A stretch of 64,000 nt of DNA from Chloroflexota bacterium. GTDB taxonomy: Bacteria; Chloroflexota; Dehalococcoidia; GIF9; UBA5629. Shown one piece after another: positions 12,101-21,596 of the stretch (its first letter is position 1; every line of letters starts with the position of its first letter). The position numbers and the translations under genes are program-made. The DNA lies in assembly GCA_036821185.1 (NCBI GenBank), contig DAISKD010000001.1, positions 367,406 to 431,405 of the forward strand, written 5' to 3'. The notes below the pieces were generated by a model, which saw only the letters and a list, made by a program, of their open reading frames with translations, searched no databases and was not told the origin of the DNA.

Positions 12101-12794
12101 GTGCTTCCGCCTGAGTCCTGATCCCGAAGTCCCTGTCTAGCCCAGAGTGTACTGAACCCTGTTCTGACAACAATTCCATATCGGGTAGAATATCGCGTAA
12201 TTCGCCATTACCAATACAGCCAATAGCCCGCAGCAACACTACCGCAGGGATCTTCCGTTTGCCATCAACTTTTACGTAGATTACATCCTTGCCCAAAGTC
12301 TCAAACTCGAGCCAGGCACCGTGTTCGGGGATCAACTTTGCAACACAAAGCTCACGACCGCTGGCAGGATCCTCTTGCAAACTAAAATAAATCCCTGGCG
12401 ACCTAACAAGCTGATTAACAACTACACGTTCTGCGCCACTGATGATGAATGTACCCTTGTCTGTCATGAGGGGGATATCGCCAAAAAAGATGTCCTGCTC
12501 CTTAATTTCACCCGTTTCCTTAACAATAAGCTTACTCCTGACATAAAGAGGAGCAGCATATGTCATATCACGCTCACGGCACTCGTCCACTGAGTGTACA
12601 GGCGGACGAAATTCATAATCAGTAAAAGACAGCTCCAACCTGTTCCCCGTGAAGTCTAGGATCGGCGATACCTCTTCCAGAAGTTCCCTTAGACCCTCCT
12701 CCTGGAACCAGCGAAACGAATCTAACTGAACCTTAATAAGATTGGGTATCGGTAAAACTTCAGGCAATTTAGCAAAAGACTTTCGCTCTATCAA
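9153..12794 (-). CDS. rpoB: DNA-directed RNA polymerase subunit beta
   Basis: 1213 aa. Conserved beta-subunit blocks and a rifampicin-cluster region. Immediately upstream of, and translationally coupled to, rpoC. Confidence 0.97.
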   Translation of the reverse strand: MIERKSFAKLPEVLPIPNLIKVQLDSFRWFQEEGLRELLEEVSPILDFTGNRLELSFTDYEFRPPVHSVDECRERDMTYAAPLYVRSKLIVKETGEIKEQDIFFGDIPLMTDKGTFIISGAERVVVNQLVRSPGIYFSLQEDPASGRELCVAKLIPEHGAWLEFETLGKDVIYVKVDGKRKIPAVVLLRAIGCIGNGELRDILPDMELLSEQGSVHSGLDRDFGIRTQAEALIDVYRRLRPGEPPTVENAQTLLNNLFFNPRRYDLGKVGRYKLNSRLGLNVDENQRCLTKEDFIQIVRHIMRINNGLEEPDDIDHLRNRRVRTVGHLMQNQFRIGLLRLERTIKERMSIVGPEAATPANLINNRPIVATMREFFGGSQLSQFMDQTNPLAELTHRRRLSAMGPGGLSRERAGFDVRDVHHSHYGKICPIETPEGPNIGLIGSLATYASINEYGFIQAPYRKVLREVSSTSEKLVGRTLAENVLGGDGELIASRGTVVTREIARKLQKLPPRQIRVVPFVSDEIVYLTAEDEERYTIAQANARLNERNEFVEDKIGVMRGGEYLKEPAEKVDLMDVSPKQVFSVTTSLIPFLEHDDANRALMGSNMQRQAVPLIRPEAPTIGTGMEKEVAKYSGQVIFAREDGKVVSVSGDRIVVLEKNGSTRVYPLIKFARTNQGTCINQRPIVSKGDVVEKGQVIADSSATDQGELALGQNVICAFMSWRGYNFEDAVIISDRLVKDDRFTSIHIERYEIEARETKLGPEEITRDIPNVGEESLRDLDEYGIIRVGAEVGPGSILVGKITPKGETELTPEERLLRAIFGEKAREVKDNSLRVPHGEWGKVIDVKVFSRDNHSDLPAGVHKLVRVWVAQKRKISVGDKMAGRHGNKGVISCIVPEEDMPFLPDGRPVDIILNPIGVPSRMNIGQILEAHLGWAAEPLGFKVLNPIFDGATDTAIEDALARAWIVQQAGAIDRTCADGRGTVDIEKAKSWLADKGYNPDRVFDDQCSGGARSVCLRLWLESLGVKAYKLSDKEVEEMVERIYLERRTSPPIFGKVTLRDGRTGEPFDQPVTVGVIYMMKLIHLVEDKVHARSTGPYSLITQQPLGGKAQFGGQRFGEMEVWALEAYGASYTLQEMLTIKSDDVTGRAKAYEALVKGEDVFQPGVPESFKVLFMELRSLGLAVELLNEEEEVGFLEEKRRIGGKPKIVAKGEEK

Positions 12795-12967
12795 AGTTAC
12801 ACTCCTTGCTTCAGTCGGTTCACCATCTTTTGAAAATCTTTTCCCTTTAACCGGAAATTACAACGACTACTCCACACAAATAGAAGAACCGTCAAGCGAT
12901 AGGCAGAAGTAAGCCGTGGGGAAGGTTAAGTGTACGATCTAAATGTCATATCTTATGGCGAACTAAT

Positions 12968-12996
12968 AGTATATCAAACTATCTGACAATTGTCAA
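12968..12996 (-). promoter_or_regulatory. Near-consensus sigma70-type promoter for rpoBC: -35 TTGACA, 17-nt spacer, -10 TATACT on the minus strand. It overlaps the 12-bp perfect palindrome TGACAATTGTCA (12984-12995).
   Basis: Read directly from the sequence. The minus strand gives TTGACA (12996->12991), spacer attgtcagatagtttga, then TATACT (12973->12968). The implied 5' UTR to the rpoB start is ~165 nt. Confidence 0.5.
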
Positions 12997-13067
12997 TACT
13001 CTATGCTCGGCCAGGTAGGTCAAACATAGCTCAACATCTGTGAATTTATATCAACAAAAATTCTAAA

Positions 13068-14651
13068 TTAAATAAGGATAGTGGACAACCTCTCCCTTAG
13101 TGTTAATTTTTCTATTTTACCCGTGGGGTTTCGTGGAACTTTGTCAAAAACGATTCGTCTGGGGCGCAGATGTTTTGCCAGTTGCTGTTCACAAAACTTC
13201 AATATTTCAGCTTCGGTCAGCACTTCTCCAGGCTTGGGTTGAATAACGGCCACCGCTATTTCACCCAGACGTTCATCAGGGATACCAACAACCGCCACAT
13301 CGTACACCTTCGGGTGCCCGTGGATAATCTCTTCCACTTCACTGGGGTATATGTTTTCCCCTCCTGTTATAATGACATCCTTTTTTCTGTCGACAAGATA
13401 GATAAAGCCTTCCGTGTCAAATTTAGCCAGGTCGCCTGTGTAAAGCCATCCATCCCTGATGGTCTCCGCCGTCTTCTCCGGGTTCTTGTAATATCCTTTC
13501 ATCACACCACCACCTTTGACTATCAGTTCACCCACTTGCCCGGGAACAACATCTCGACCCTCTTCGTCAACAATTCTGACCTGCCAGTTATATCCCGCTT
13601 TACCAATTGCTCCGACCTTTCTTTCATTTTCAATTCCTAGGTGAACGCAACCCGGCCCTGTGGCCTCGCTCAGTCCATAATTGGTGTCATACTGCATATG
13701 AGGAAAATACTCCTTCCACCTCTGCACCAGTTTCGGTGGTACCGGTTGGGCACCTATGTGCATCAAACGCCAGCAACTCAGATCGTAGTCTTCTATTTTT
13801 AATTCGCCGCTATCCAGTGCTACCAGAATATCGTGGACCCAAGGCACCAAAAGCCATAAAATGGTTCCCCTTTCTCTGTCTACGGTCTCAAAAATGTTCT
13901 TAGGGCTAACTTCAGTAAGGATAGTCGCTCTACCGCCTGCCAGCAAGCTACCAAACCAATGCATCTTCGCTCCAGTATGGTAAAGAGGCGGAAGAAGAAC
14001 AAAATTGTCCTCGCGTTTCTGATAATGGTGTGCCCTTTCGGTATAAGCCGCACAAACCATGTTCCCATGGGTCAAAAGTATCGGCTTCGGTTGTCCTGTG
14101 GTCCCAGAGGTAAAATAGAGCCCACATTCATCTTCACTGTCCAGCTCGATGCCAACGGGCTCATCAGACGACTGGGCTATCGCGTGTTCCAGAGACTCCA
14201 TATCCCCTGTGACCGAGACATCCGTACTGGCCACTATGAAACGTTGAACCGTTGGCAATTCTGTCCGCACTGAAAGCACTTTGTCAACAAATTCTTCTCC
14301 TATTACCACCATCTTTGCTTCAGATATGTCCACACAATATTTGAAATCGCGCGGCGTGAACCTGAAATTTAAAGGTGCTACCCAAGCACCGGTCTTGATT
14401 ATGCCAAAATAGACCACTAGCCATTCGATTGAGTTCATCATCCAGTGTACTACCTTATCGCCTTTCCTCAGCCCTCGTTCCAGAAGGGCGTTTGCCACCC
14501 TGTTGGATCTTCTGTGAAATTCAAGCCAAGAAATTTCCTTCCTGAACCCTTTGCTGGGCCTTAATTCAATAAGTGCAACATCATCAGGATAAAGTCTGGT
14601 ATTTTCAGCCAGCATCTCGCAAATGTTACGAAATCTTATAACCTGAGTCAT
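13068..14651 (-). CDS. AMP-dependent synthetase/ligase (acyl- or aryl-CoA ligase)
   Basis: AMP-binding signature YTSGTTGQPKPILLTHGNM, the hinge motif YKTGD-like LYTGDLAKFD, and C-terminal PRNPTGKIEK (the catalytic lysine). 527 aa. Confidence 0.85.
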   Translation of the reverse strand: MTQVIRFRNICEMLAENTRLYPDDVALIELRPSKGFRKEISWLEFHRRSNRVANALLERGLRKGDKVVHWMMNSIEWLVVYFGIIKTGAWVAPLNFRFTPRDFKYCVDISEAKMVVIGEEFVDKVLSVRTELPTVQRFIVASTDVSVTGDMESLEHAIAQSSDEPVGIELDSEDECGLYFTSGTTGQPKPILLTHGNMVCAAYTERAHHYQKREDNFVLLPPLYHTGAKMHWFGSLLAGGRATILTEVSPKNIFETVDRERGTILWLLVPWVHDILVALDSGELKIEDYDLSCWRLMHIGAQPVPPKLVQRWKEYFPHMQYDTNYGLSEATGPGCVHLGIENERKVGAIGKAGYNWQVRIVDEEGRDVVPGQVGELIVKGGGVMKGYYKNPEKTAETIRDGWLYTGDLAKFDTEGFIYLVDRKKDVIITGGENIYPSEVEEIIHGHPKVYDVAVVGIPDERLGEIAVAVIQPKPGEVLTEAEILKFCEQQLAKHLRPRRIVFDKVPRNPTGKIEKLTLRERLSTILI

Positions 14652-14665
14652 CTTGCTTAGCTTAC

Positions 14666-15973
14666 TCAGTATGCTATCAGACTGGGCAAAAAGGTAGCAA
14701 GTGGCGGGAATGCCACGAGAATGGCCACCATAGCCACCAGTGCAATCAAGAAAGGTAAAGCACCTTTGAAAACAGTTTCCAATGCCACATCAGGTACGAT
14801 ACTTTTCACCACGTATACATTTACTCCTACAGGTGGTGTGATCACACCCATCCCTGTGGCAAGTACTACCATCACCCCGAACCATATGGGGTCAAAACCC
14901 AGGGCTACAACCACGGGATAGAAAACAGGGATGGTCAAAATAACCAGAGCCAGAGCATCCATAAAACACCCGCCTATAAGATAGACAAACATTATAATCC
15001 CTACGATAGCAAAAGGGGGCAAGGGCAACTGCACCACCGTTTCAGAAAGAATAAGAGGTATCTTAGTCACCGCCATAAAATGGCCGAAGACCGTCGCTCC
15101 AGCTACTATAACCAACACCATACACGTTATCCGCAACGAATCCTTGACTGCCATCAAGAAACCGGACCACTTTAACTGCCGGGTTACCATACCGATAGCC
15201 AACACACCAGCAGCCCCCACACCACCAGCCTGCGTAGGACTGAACCAGCCCAAAAAGAGTCCGGTAATAACAAAAGTGAACAGAACCAGAGTTTCAATAA
15301 CTCCGGCGAAGGCACCGGTCTCTTTCCTGCTGCCATACAGCTCTGTGGTCAGCGGTGCTAGGTCCGGACGCAACTTACACAACAGCGCCACAGTAACTAT
15401 GAATAAGCCTGCCAGTATCAAACCAGGGAAAATGCCGGCAACGAACAGCTTCCCGATCGACTGCTCAGTCATCACACCGTACACAATAAAAACTGTACTA
15501 GGCGGAATCAGTATACCCAGTGTGCCAGCAGCAGCTATACAACCAGTAGCCAGCGAGTCATCATATCCATATCGTCTCATTTCAGGCACAGACACCCTGC
15601 CCATAGCTGCTGCAGTAGCCGTAGTCGAACCACAAATTGCCGCAAAGCCAGCGCAAGCCGCTACAGCCGCCATAGCCAGCCCACCACGCAGTCTGCCCAT
15701 CACCACATGAGCGGCATCATATAGCCGCTGTCCCATCCCCGATGCAAAGGCAACGCAACCCATTAGTACAAACATGGGGATGACGGTAAAGGAGTAAGAC
15801 GAAAATGTGTAAAAAATGTCTCTAGCCAGCACACTAAACGCCGCCTCTGGAGAGACCAGACAGCTAAAGCCAACTACACCCACCAGAGCCATAGCAAAAC
15901 CAACCGGCATCCGAAGGAGGAAAAGGACAACCAACAGGACTATGCCGATAATTCCAAGAATCGGTGGGCTCAT
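14666..15973 (-). CDS. dctM: TRAP transporter large permease subunit DctM
   Basis: 435 aa with ~12 TM segments, typical DctM length and hydrophobicity. Overlaps dctQ by 4 bp. Confidence 0.85.
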   Translation of the reverse strand: MSPPILGIIGIVLLVVLFLLRMPVGFAMALVGVVGFSCLVSPEAAFSVLARDIFYTFSSYSFTVIPMFVLMGCVAFASGMGQRLYDAAHVVMGRLRGGLAMAAVAACAGFAAICGSTTATAAAMGRVSVPEMRRYGYDDSLATGCIAAAGTLGILIPPSTVFIVYGVMTEQSIGKLFVAGIFPGLILAGLFIVTVALLCKLRPDLAPLTTELYGSRKETGAFAGVIETLVLFTFVITGLFLGWFSPTQAGGVGAAGVLAIGMVTRQLKWSGFLMAVKDSLRITCMVLVIVAGATVFGHFMAVTKIPLILSETVVQLPLPPFAIVGIIMFVYLIGGCFMDALALVILTIPVFYPVVVALGFDPIWFGVMVVLATGMGVITPPVGVNVYVVKSIVPDVALETVFKGALPFLIALVAMVAILVAFPPLATFLPSLIAY

Positions 15974-16452
15974 TTCTTTGAATTCATGGCATCAAGATAC
16001 TGCACAATCAACACCAGACAGACTACTATAGCAGACAGAGCTATACCATAGAGAAGAGGGTAGAATGGCAACCTTTGGGTCATAGAGACTTCGCCACTTG
16101 ACTGGAGACTATACCCGAAATCCAAACTTCTCCAAGCTATCAATCCAAACAACAGAATCGATAAGGGATAGATAATGCTAGCAACAACCCTTCGCCCCAC
16201 CTTCGGCAGACGCGATACCAAGAATTCCACCTCAATATGACCACGAGTGACCTGAGTCTCGGCTATGGCAAAGCCGATAACTACCACACCTAGGAAGGCA
16301 ACGAGTTCAATGCCACCGGGTACAGGGTTACGAAACACCTTGGCACTTATTACATCGATAATTACAAGGACCAGCATCAGAACTAGTGCTGCCCCGGCAC
16401 AATAGTTTAACCACCTGCTCAATGCACGAGTCACTACCTCGAACTTGCGCAT
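15970..16452 (-). CDS. dctQ: TRAP transporter small permease subunit DctQ
   Basis: 160 aa, 4 TM segments. N-terminal cytoplasmic RALSRWLNY... is typical of DctQ. Confidence 0.75.
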   Translation of the reverse strand: MRKFEVVTRALSRWLNYCAGAALVLMLVLVIIDVISAKVFRNPVPGGIELVAFLGVVVIGFAIAETQVTRGHIEVEFLVSRLPKVGRRVVASIIYPLSILLFGLIAWRSLDFGYSLQSSGEVSMTQRLPFYPLLYGIALSAIVVCLVLIVQYLDAMNSKK

Positions 16453-16539
16453 ATCAATTCCTGAACCCGGATAACACTAACAGGGTGCTCGGCAAGTAGG
16501 CTGCTGAGCACCCTTGCGCAATAGTACCTATTTAAAACA

Positions 16540-17655
16540 CTACTTGGTAGTAACTAACTCCTTTTCCACCCAGTTGACACAGAATTCGTCACTAGGTGCT
16601 TTTTCTGACCAATACTTTACTCTCGCGACCAAGTAGTCATGATACTCTTTGGCCGGCAATCCCATTGCCGACTTTTGCTGGATATATTCATCTATCAAAG
16701 GTTGGGCTGCCCTTACCCACCTTGCCATTTCGTTTGCTGACAGCTCGATCAACACCCTTTCCGGAAAACTAAGGAAATACTCTATCGCCACTTTGTCATA
16801 ATAGGTCCAGACCATACCATGTTTCTCTACCCATTCTTCACTTACATCAAGAAACACCTTTTTAACATCGCTGGGAAAACCTTCCCACTTCGCCTTATTT
16901 ATCACCACAAACATGTCGGTGGTATTGCCAACGTCATAACAAAGGGTCACATATTTCACCACCTCGGCTTGCTTCCACCCTTTGAGCACCTCTCTTGGCG
17001 TGAAGCTGCCATCAATCGTCCCTTTTGACATCAGCTCATAAGCCTCACCTTGGGAAGCTCCATACCCCTTCGCTCCTAGAGCCTCCACTATCTTGGCACC
17101 CACCCCTGTCGACCTGATGACCAGTCCTCTTAGATCTTCTAGTTTTCTTACCGGCTTTTTAGTGGTGAACAAGACTCCAGGACCATGAGCATGAAAATAC
17201 AAGACCTGCACATCATCAAATTCTTTCGGCTTAAATTTACGATAAAAGTCGTTCGCCACCTTGGTCGCCACCCAACCGCTGGGATACCCGTGCGGCAGAT
17301 CCACTATCTCGGATGCAGGAAACCTGCCCATCGTATAGGCCAAGCACGACATGCCTATGTCAGAGATACCTTTTACGACCCCCTCATAGACCCCGGCTGC
17401 TGGAGTGAGCGAACCGCCAGGGTAGTGAGTAATACGCACTCTACCGTTGGTGCGCTGCTCGACTTCGCGGCAAAACCTTTCAGCTAATACGGAGTTCAAA
17501 TGGGTCGGGGGAAAGAAATTGCTGTAAGATAGCTCTATGACCTCAGATGACCTTGTGGGCTTTACACCAGCACACGACCCCGATGCCACCACCACAGCAA
17601 GGATCAGTACCACAATCTGTGCAAATATGGCCAATCTCATTGCTCGCCTCCTCAA
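16540..17655 (-). CDS. dctP: TRAP transporter solute-binding protein (DctP family), lipoprotein
   Basis: Signal peptide with a lipobox-like ASGSCAG. The DctP-type core (IELSYSNFFPPTHLNSVLAERFCREVEQRTNGRVRITHYPGGSL) matches the DctP N-terminal consensus. First gene of the P-Q-M-ligase minus-strand run. Confidence 0.75.
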   Translation of the reverse strand: MRRRAMRLAIFAQIVVLILAVVVASGSCAGVKPTRSSEVIELSYSNFFPPTHLNSVLAERFCREVEQRTNGRVRITHYPGGSLTPAAGVYEGVVKGISDIGMSCLAYTMGRFPASEIVDLPHGYPSGWVATKVANDFYRKFKPKEFDDVQVLYFHAHGPGVLFTTKKPVRKLEDLRGLVIRSTGVGAKIVEALGAKGYGASQGEAYELMSKGTIDGSFTPREVLKGWKQAEVVKYVTLCYDVGNTTDMFVVINKAKWEGFPSDVKKVFLDVSEEWVEKHGMVWTYYDKVAIEYFLSFPERVLIELSANEMARWVRAAQPLIDEYIQQKSAMGLPAKEYHDYLVARVKYWSEKAPSDEFCVNWVEKELVTTK

Positions 17656-17856
17656 AAATCACATTAGTCGCCTTTAAAAGACAGGTTCTAAAAAGATTAA
17701 CACATTAGGCGAAGGTAAGCAATAAGTCGTACCAGCTCAGTTTGAACAAGAATAGAGCATCTCCCCAGAGCAATACACAGAGCCGCCATAACTAGAGACC
17801 AGAAACATTGGTCCATGGAAAAATTCGCTAGACACAGATCAGTTTTTGAATATCTA

Positions 17857-20103
17857 CTACTTGACTTCCTTTCTGTAACGACGGGCAACCCACCAAGCCA
17901 CTACTACTCCACCGCCAATTAGCACTAAAACAGTAGCAACTATCACCCCGATAAGCCAAGCGCTTACTCCTTCTCTGAGAGGTTCGCCAGGAGCAAGGAC
18001 CCTGAATGAGACCTGCTTAGAATCAATGTTGAGTGTATAAGTCCCTGGCTGAACTTTGGTTATACTGAATTCATACCATAGGTAACTTTTACCCTCGACC
18101 CTTACTTCTTGCCTGTGTTCTTCACGCCCATTTATCATAACCGTCAGAGGATAAACATCCGGTGCGCTACCCCTGTTAACTACCTTCACACGCACATTCA
18201 CACTCTGACCAGCATAGACTTGTTCCGGACTAATTTCGACAGCTCCTACTTCCAAGTGCGCAGTTACACGCCCAGGAATCGCCGGCCCTCCTAATACCGT
18301 TATGACACCGTTAGCAGCCCGGTCAGAATCTCCCACGCCACCATCTGTAACACTTATGGTGATGGTGCTGTCACCATCGTCGCTACCTACAGATAATCGC
18401 TGCCAGGAATGACCACCCCCACATTGCCAGAATTGGGTTCCGCCAGGCGTTGGTGCTGGTAAGGTGATACTAACAATAGCAGTCGAACCAGCAGCAATGT
18501 CAACAACCTTGAACGAAAACAGGCCGTGGAGAAAACTAACATCCGCTGGCTTGCCAGAACAATCTACTTGACTCGGCACAAGTGCCAAAAGATCAGTAAT
18601 GTTGCCAATGCTGGCAGCAAAAACGGCCTTACCCGTCCTTGTAGTAGTACCTACAGACTGCACAGCGCCAGTGGTGAAGTTGACTTGCACGCACTGGCGA
18701 CACTGTTCACTAGGAACACCAGGATGGTGAGGAGCTTCCGCACATACCGTTACACCTCCAGCCGCATTCCCTGAAGTAAGAATAGAAACTGCCCGCCCAG
18801 TGTCGGTAACCTTCACTATTCGGGTATCCTTATTCTCAAAAATGCCCCTCTCTGTGGTAAAGATAATCTCTGTACCGTCAAAAACATGCCCTCTCTCCGC
18901 CGTGTACTCACCTCCCGAGTTCTTCGTCATGTCAGCAACTACCTTTAATGCAGCGCTTCCCCCGATGACCACGCTCTTAGGCTCAGCAGTTACCTCCAGC
19001 CTGAGCCAAGGCTCATATCGCACATTCGCTGAAACACTGTCACCAGAACCAGCACCTGCACCACTAGGTCCATTGTTGGCCCCCCACCAGTTGTTTGTAC
19101 CATCGAGCCATCCTCCGCTCAAATTTTGTATGCCATGAATAGCGTTCTTATAGATAGCGTTAAAGTTTACTTTAACAGTGGGTGCCACCGGCACATTACC
19201 CCACACCACACAGCCACGTGCATTACCAGTCAGTACGTTCCCCATAATATGAACATCAGACGCATAGGACGTAAGCCGTATCCCATCAGGTGTCTCGACT
19301 TCTCCCCCACTCCGCCGCACAGTGCCATCAATCAGATTGCCCGAAACAAACAGCTGCGAACACCATCGGGGCAAAGTAGTTTCCTCAACCAGAATGCCAG
19401 CCATCAAGAAGTCGCTGATCTTATTCCCTAAAACAGTCACGTTTTCTACATGACCAAAAACAATACCGGGGCCATTTACATGCTCGATAGAGTTGCCCTT
19501 GATCCCACTGTTCGTTAGCGTACCCAGCCAAAACCCTGCTTTTCCCGTCCCGAGCACTCCATCAATACGGTTGTTAGCTATCGACCACCCTTTATAGCTG
19601 TTACGGTCGCCGGTATCGTACAGAAAGACAGCCGAACCAATGCAGCTCGTGAAACTATTCGACTTTATCGTAATATTATGAGCGCCAACGCCACCGAAAA
19701 TAACAGCCTCAGCTGAGCTAATCTTCTCAAATCTTAAACCCTGAATTACAGTGCCGCTGCCGTCACTCCCTATGGTTATCAGCGACCAATTAGAACTACC
19801 ACCAGTGAGCACAACGCTGCTCGTTGTATAATCCCCGGTGGGAGATGTCAGCGTTATTTTTTTGTTGATATTCAGCAGCTCATTGTATATCCCCGAGCCC
19901 ACGACTATAGTGTCGCCTTGCCCAGCCCTTTCTATAGCATGTTGGATAGTACGCCATGGTCTCTTATAGCTACCATCACCTTTAACATCATCCCCGCTGA
20001 CAGATACGTGCCAGGTATTTTGTGCTTTCACAACGCTAACCGGAACCACAAGCCCCACCACTAGAGCCGCCAAGATTACCCATATTAATGCGCGATTCCT
20101 CAT
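17857..20103 (-). CDS. Cell-surface right-handed parallel beta-helix protein (pectate-lyase/NosD-like repeats) with CARDB-like domain and C-terminal TM anchor
   Basis: Signal peptide. Repeated GxxGNxI...N beta-helix rungs (e.g. ITIKSNSFTSC, IANNRIDG, IKGNSIEH, VLGNKISD, VSGNLIDG, IMGNVLTGN). A CARDB-like segment (YAGQSVNVRVKVVNRGSAPDVYPLTVMINGRE) precedes the C-terminal hydrophobic anchor plus RRYRKEVK. Confidence 0.6.
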   Translation of the reverse strand: MRNRALIWVILAALVVGLVVPVSVVKAQNTWHVSVSGDDVKGDGSYKRPWRTIQHAIERAGQGDTIVVGSGIYNELLNINKKITLTSPTGDYTTSSVVLTGGSSNWSLITIGSDGSGTVIQGLRFEKISSAEAVIFGGVGAHNITIKSNSFTSCIGSAVFLYDTGDRNSYKGWSIANNRIDGVLGTGKAGFWLGTLTNSGIKGNSIEHVNGPGIVFGHVENVTVLGNKISDFLMAGILVEETTLPRWCSQLFVSGNLIDGTVRRSGGEVETPDGIRLTSYASDVHIMGNVLTGNARGCVVWGNVPVAPTVKVNFNAIYKNAIHGIQNLSGGWLDGTNNWWGANNGPSGAGAGSGDSVSANVRYEPWLRLEVTAEPKSVVIGGSAALKVVADMTKNSGGEYTAERGHVFDGTEIIFTTERGIFENKDTRIVKVTDTGRAVSILTSGNAAGGVTVCAEAPHHPGVPSEQCRQCVQVNFTTGAVQSVGTTTRTGKAVFAASIGNITDLLALVPSQVDCSGKPADVSFLHGLFSFKVVDIAAGSTAIVSITLPAPTPGGTQFWQCGGGHSWQRLSVGSDDGDSTITISVTDGGVGDSDRAANGVITVLGGPAIPGRVTAHLEVGAVEISPEQVYAGQSVNVRVKVVNRGSAPDVYPLTVMINGREEHRQEVRVEGKSYLWYEFSITKVQPGTYTLNIDSKQVSFRVLAPGEPLREGVSAWLIGVIVATVLVLIGGGVVVAWWVARRYRKEVK

Positions 20104-20166
20104 TTTTACATCTCCTTATCGCAGCCCTAGCACAGACAATGCTTAGTCTAAGCGCAAAAATCGCAT

Positions 20167-20191
20167 TTGTCAATAGTGGAGACATTGACAA
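20167..20191. promoter_or_regulatory. Perfect 8-bp inverted repeat TTGTCAAT-N9-ATTGACAA in the divergent intergenic region ~75 bp upstream of kamA. Operator-like; the right half contains a TTGACA -35-like hexamer.
   Basis: Read directly from the sequence at 20167-20174 and 20184-20191. Lies between the divergent starts of the beta-helix gene and the kamA operon. Confidence 0.4.
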
Positions 20192-20264
20192 CCGGGACGA
20201 ATTGTGTTACGGTATCATCAAAGGCACTACATATAGTAATTTGAATCTGTAAGGAGGAGCACTA

Positions 20265-21596
20265 GTGATAAGAAATAACTCTAATTTCGATGATAAGCAA
20301 GACGAGCCTCCCGGCTTGGCGACCACCGACAACGATGCGGTGGTGGAGGACGAAGAACCTCCAAGTTCCGGTAGCAATACTAAAGACCTTAGTATACGGG
20401 AGAAGATTTTTGGCTATGTCCCAGACAAGAATTGGTACGATTGGAAATGGCAGTTCCGACATAGGATTACCAGTGTTGAACAACTGGCGCACCTGATACC
20501 ACTCTCGAAAAAGGAACAGATAGAGCTCAAATTAGTAAGCGGTAGGTATCCATTCTCCATAACCCCATATTATCTATCCCTCATTGACCTTAGTAACCCT
20601 GACGACCCTATCAAAAAACAAGCTATTCCTTCATTTCAGGAGATAGCTTTGTCCGGCAATGGGTCTGAAGACCCTCTTACCGAAAAAAGGCAGTCCGTGG
20701 TTCCGGGCCTAGTGCATCGCTACCCTGACAGAGTTCTTATGGTACTTACCGACATATGTCCCGTCCTTTGTCGCCACTGTACCCGCAAACGGGAATGGCA
20801 CACGGGTGGCTGGGTGCACACTCCAGCAGAAATCGCACTAATGCTTGACTATATCCGAAAACACAAAGAAATCAGGGATGTGATAATATCAGGGGGTGAC
20901 CCTTTATCGCTTTCCACATCACGTCTTGAAAGCATTATCGCTGGTCTGAGACAAATCAAACATGTAGAAATAATCCGCATTGGTACCAGATTTCCCGTCG
21001 TATTACCCCAGCGTATCGACGATGAACTGTGCAACATGTTATCTAAATACGGTCCCATATGGCTTAATACACAATTTAACCATCCTAAAGAGATAACCCC
21101 TGAGTCCGCGGCCGCTTGTGATAAGTTATTGCGAGCGGGGATACCTGTAAGCAATCAATCAGTGTTGCTCAAGGGCATAAACGACTCAGTAGCAATTCAG
21201 CTGAAGCTCTGCCACGGACTTCTAAGGATAAAAGTGCGTCCTTACTACCTCTTTCAGTGCGACGAAGTTAAAGGGACAGAACATTTCCGCACACCTGTGG
21301 AGACCGGCATCATGATAATCGAAAAAATGCGGGGACATACCTCCGGACTGGCTGTGCCCACCTTTGTTATCGACTTACCGGATGGTGGCGGGAAAGTCCC
21401 TCTCCAGCCAAATTATCTGCTGGCACACACACAAAGCGAGCTTATACTGAGAAATTACCAGGGGCGGTTCTTCTGGTACCGGAACCCCAAAGCAGAACCT
21501 GAATCGACCGAAGTGTCCTGGCTGTCTGAACACTATGACCTAACAGCACAAGTGAGAGACGGATATAATCAGCCCCACCCGGTAGCCAAGAAATGA
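20265..21596 (+). CDS. kamA: Lysine 2,3-aminomutase (radical SAM, KamA family) with a ~45-aa acidic N-terminal extension
   Basis: GTG start 7 nt after AAGGAGG. KamA hallmarks: NWYDWKWQFRHRI, ITPYYLSLID, radical-SAM CPVLCRHCTRK, PLP-lysine region LPQRIDDELCNMLSKYGPIWLNTQFNHP, GGGK. Asp is retained at both positions that bind the lysine epsilon-amino group (QCDEVKG, VIDLPDGGGK), which argues for a lysine rather than glutamate substrate. It lacks the C-terminal Cys cluster of clostridial KamA. Confidence 0.85.
   Translation: MIRNNSNFDDKQDEPPGLATTDNDAVVEDEEPPSSGSNTKDLSIREKIFGYVPDKNWYDWKWQFRHRITSVEQLAHLIPLSKKEQIELKLVSGRYPFSITPYYLSLIDLSNPDDPIKKQAIPSFQEIALSGNGSEDPLTEKRQSVVPGLVHRYPDRVLMVLTDICPVLCRHCTRKREWHTGGWVHTPAEIALMLDYIRKHKEIRDVIISGGDPLSLSTSRLESIIAGLRQIKHVEIIRIGTRFPVVLPQRIDDELCNMLSKYGPIWLNTQFNHPKEITPESAAACDKLLRAGIPVSNQSVLLKGINDSVAIQLKLCHGLLRIKVRPYYLFQCDEVKGTEHFRTPVETGIMIIEKMRGHTSGLAVPTFVIDLPDGGGKVPLQPNYLLAHTQSELILRNYQGRFFWYRNPKAEPESTEVSWLSEHYDLTAQVRDGYNQPHPVAKK

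Noticed and set aside
5465-12593. Numerous 60-180-aa ORFs on the plus strand inside rpoC/rpoB (e.g. 5896-6213, 8144-8473, 10027-10560, 10756-11193)
   Set aside because: They lie antisense or out of frame within two extremely conserved long genes. They have no RBS and a low-complexity, Ser/Arg/Pro-rich composition typical of shadow ORFs.
20262-20496. Small ORFs (68 and 76 aa) overlapping the 5' end of kamA on both strands
   Set aside because: They overlap the acidic N-terminal extension region of kamA, which has a strong SD plus GTG start. They have no RBS of their own.
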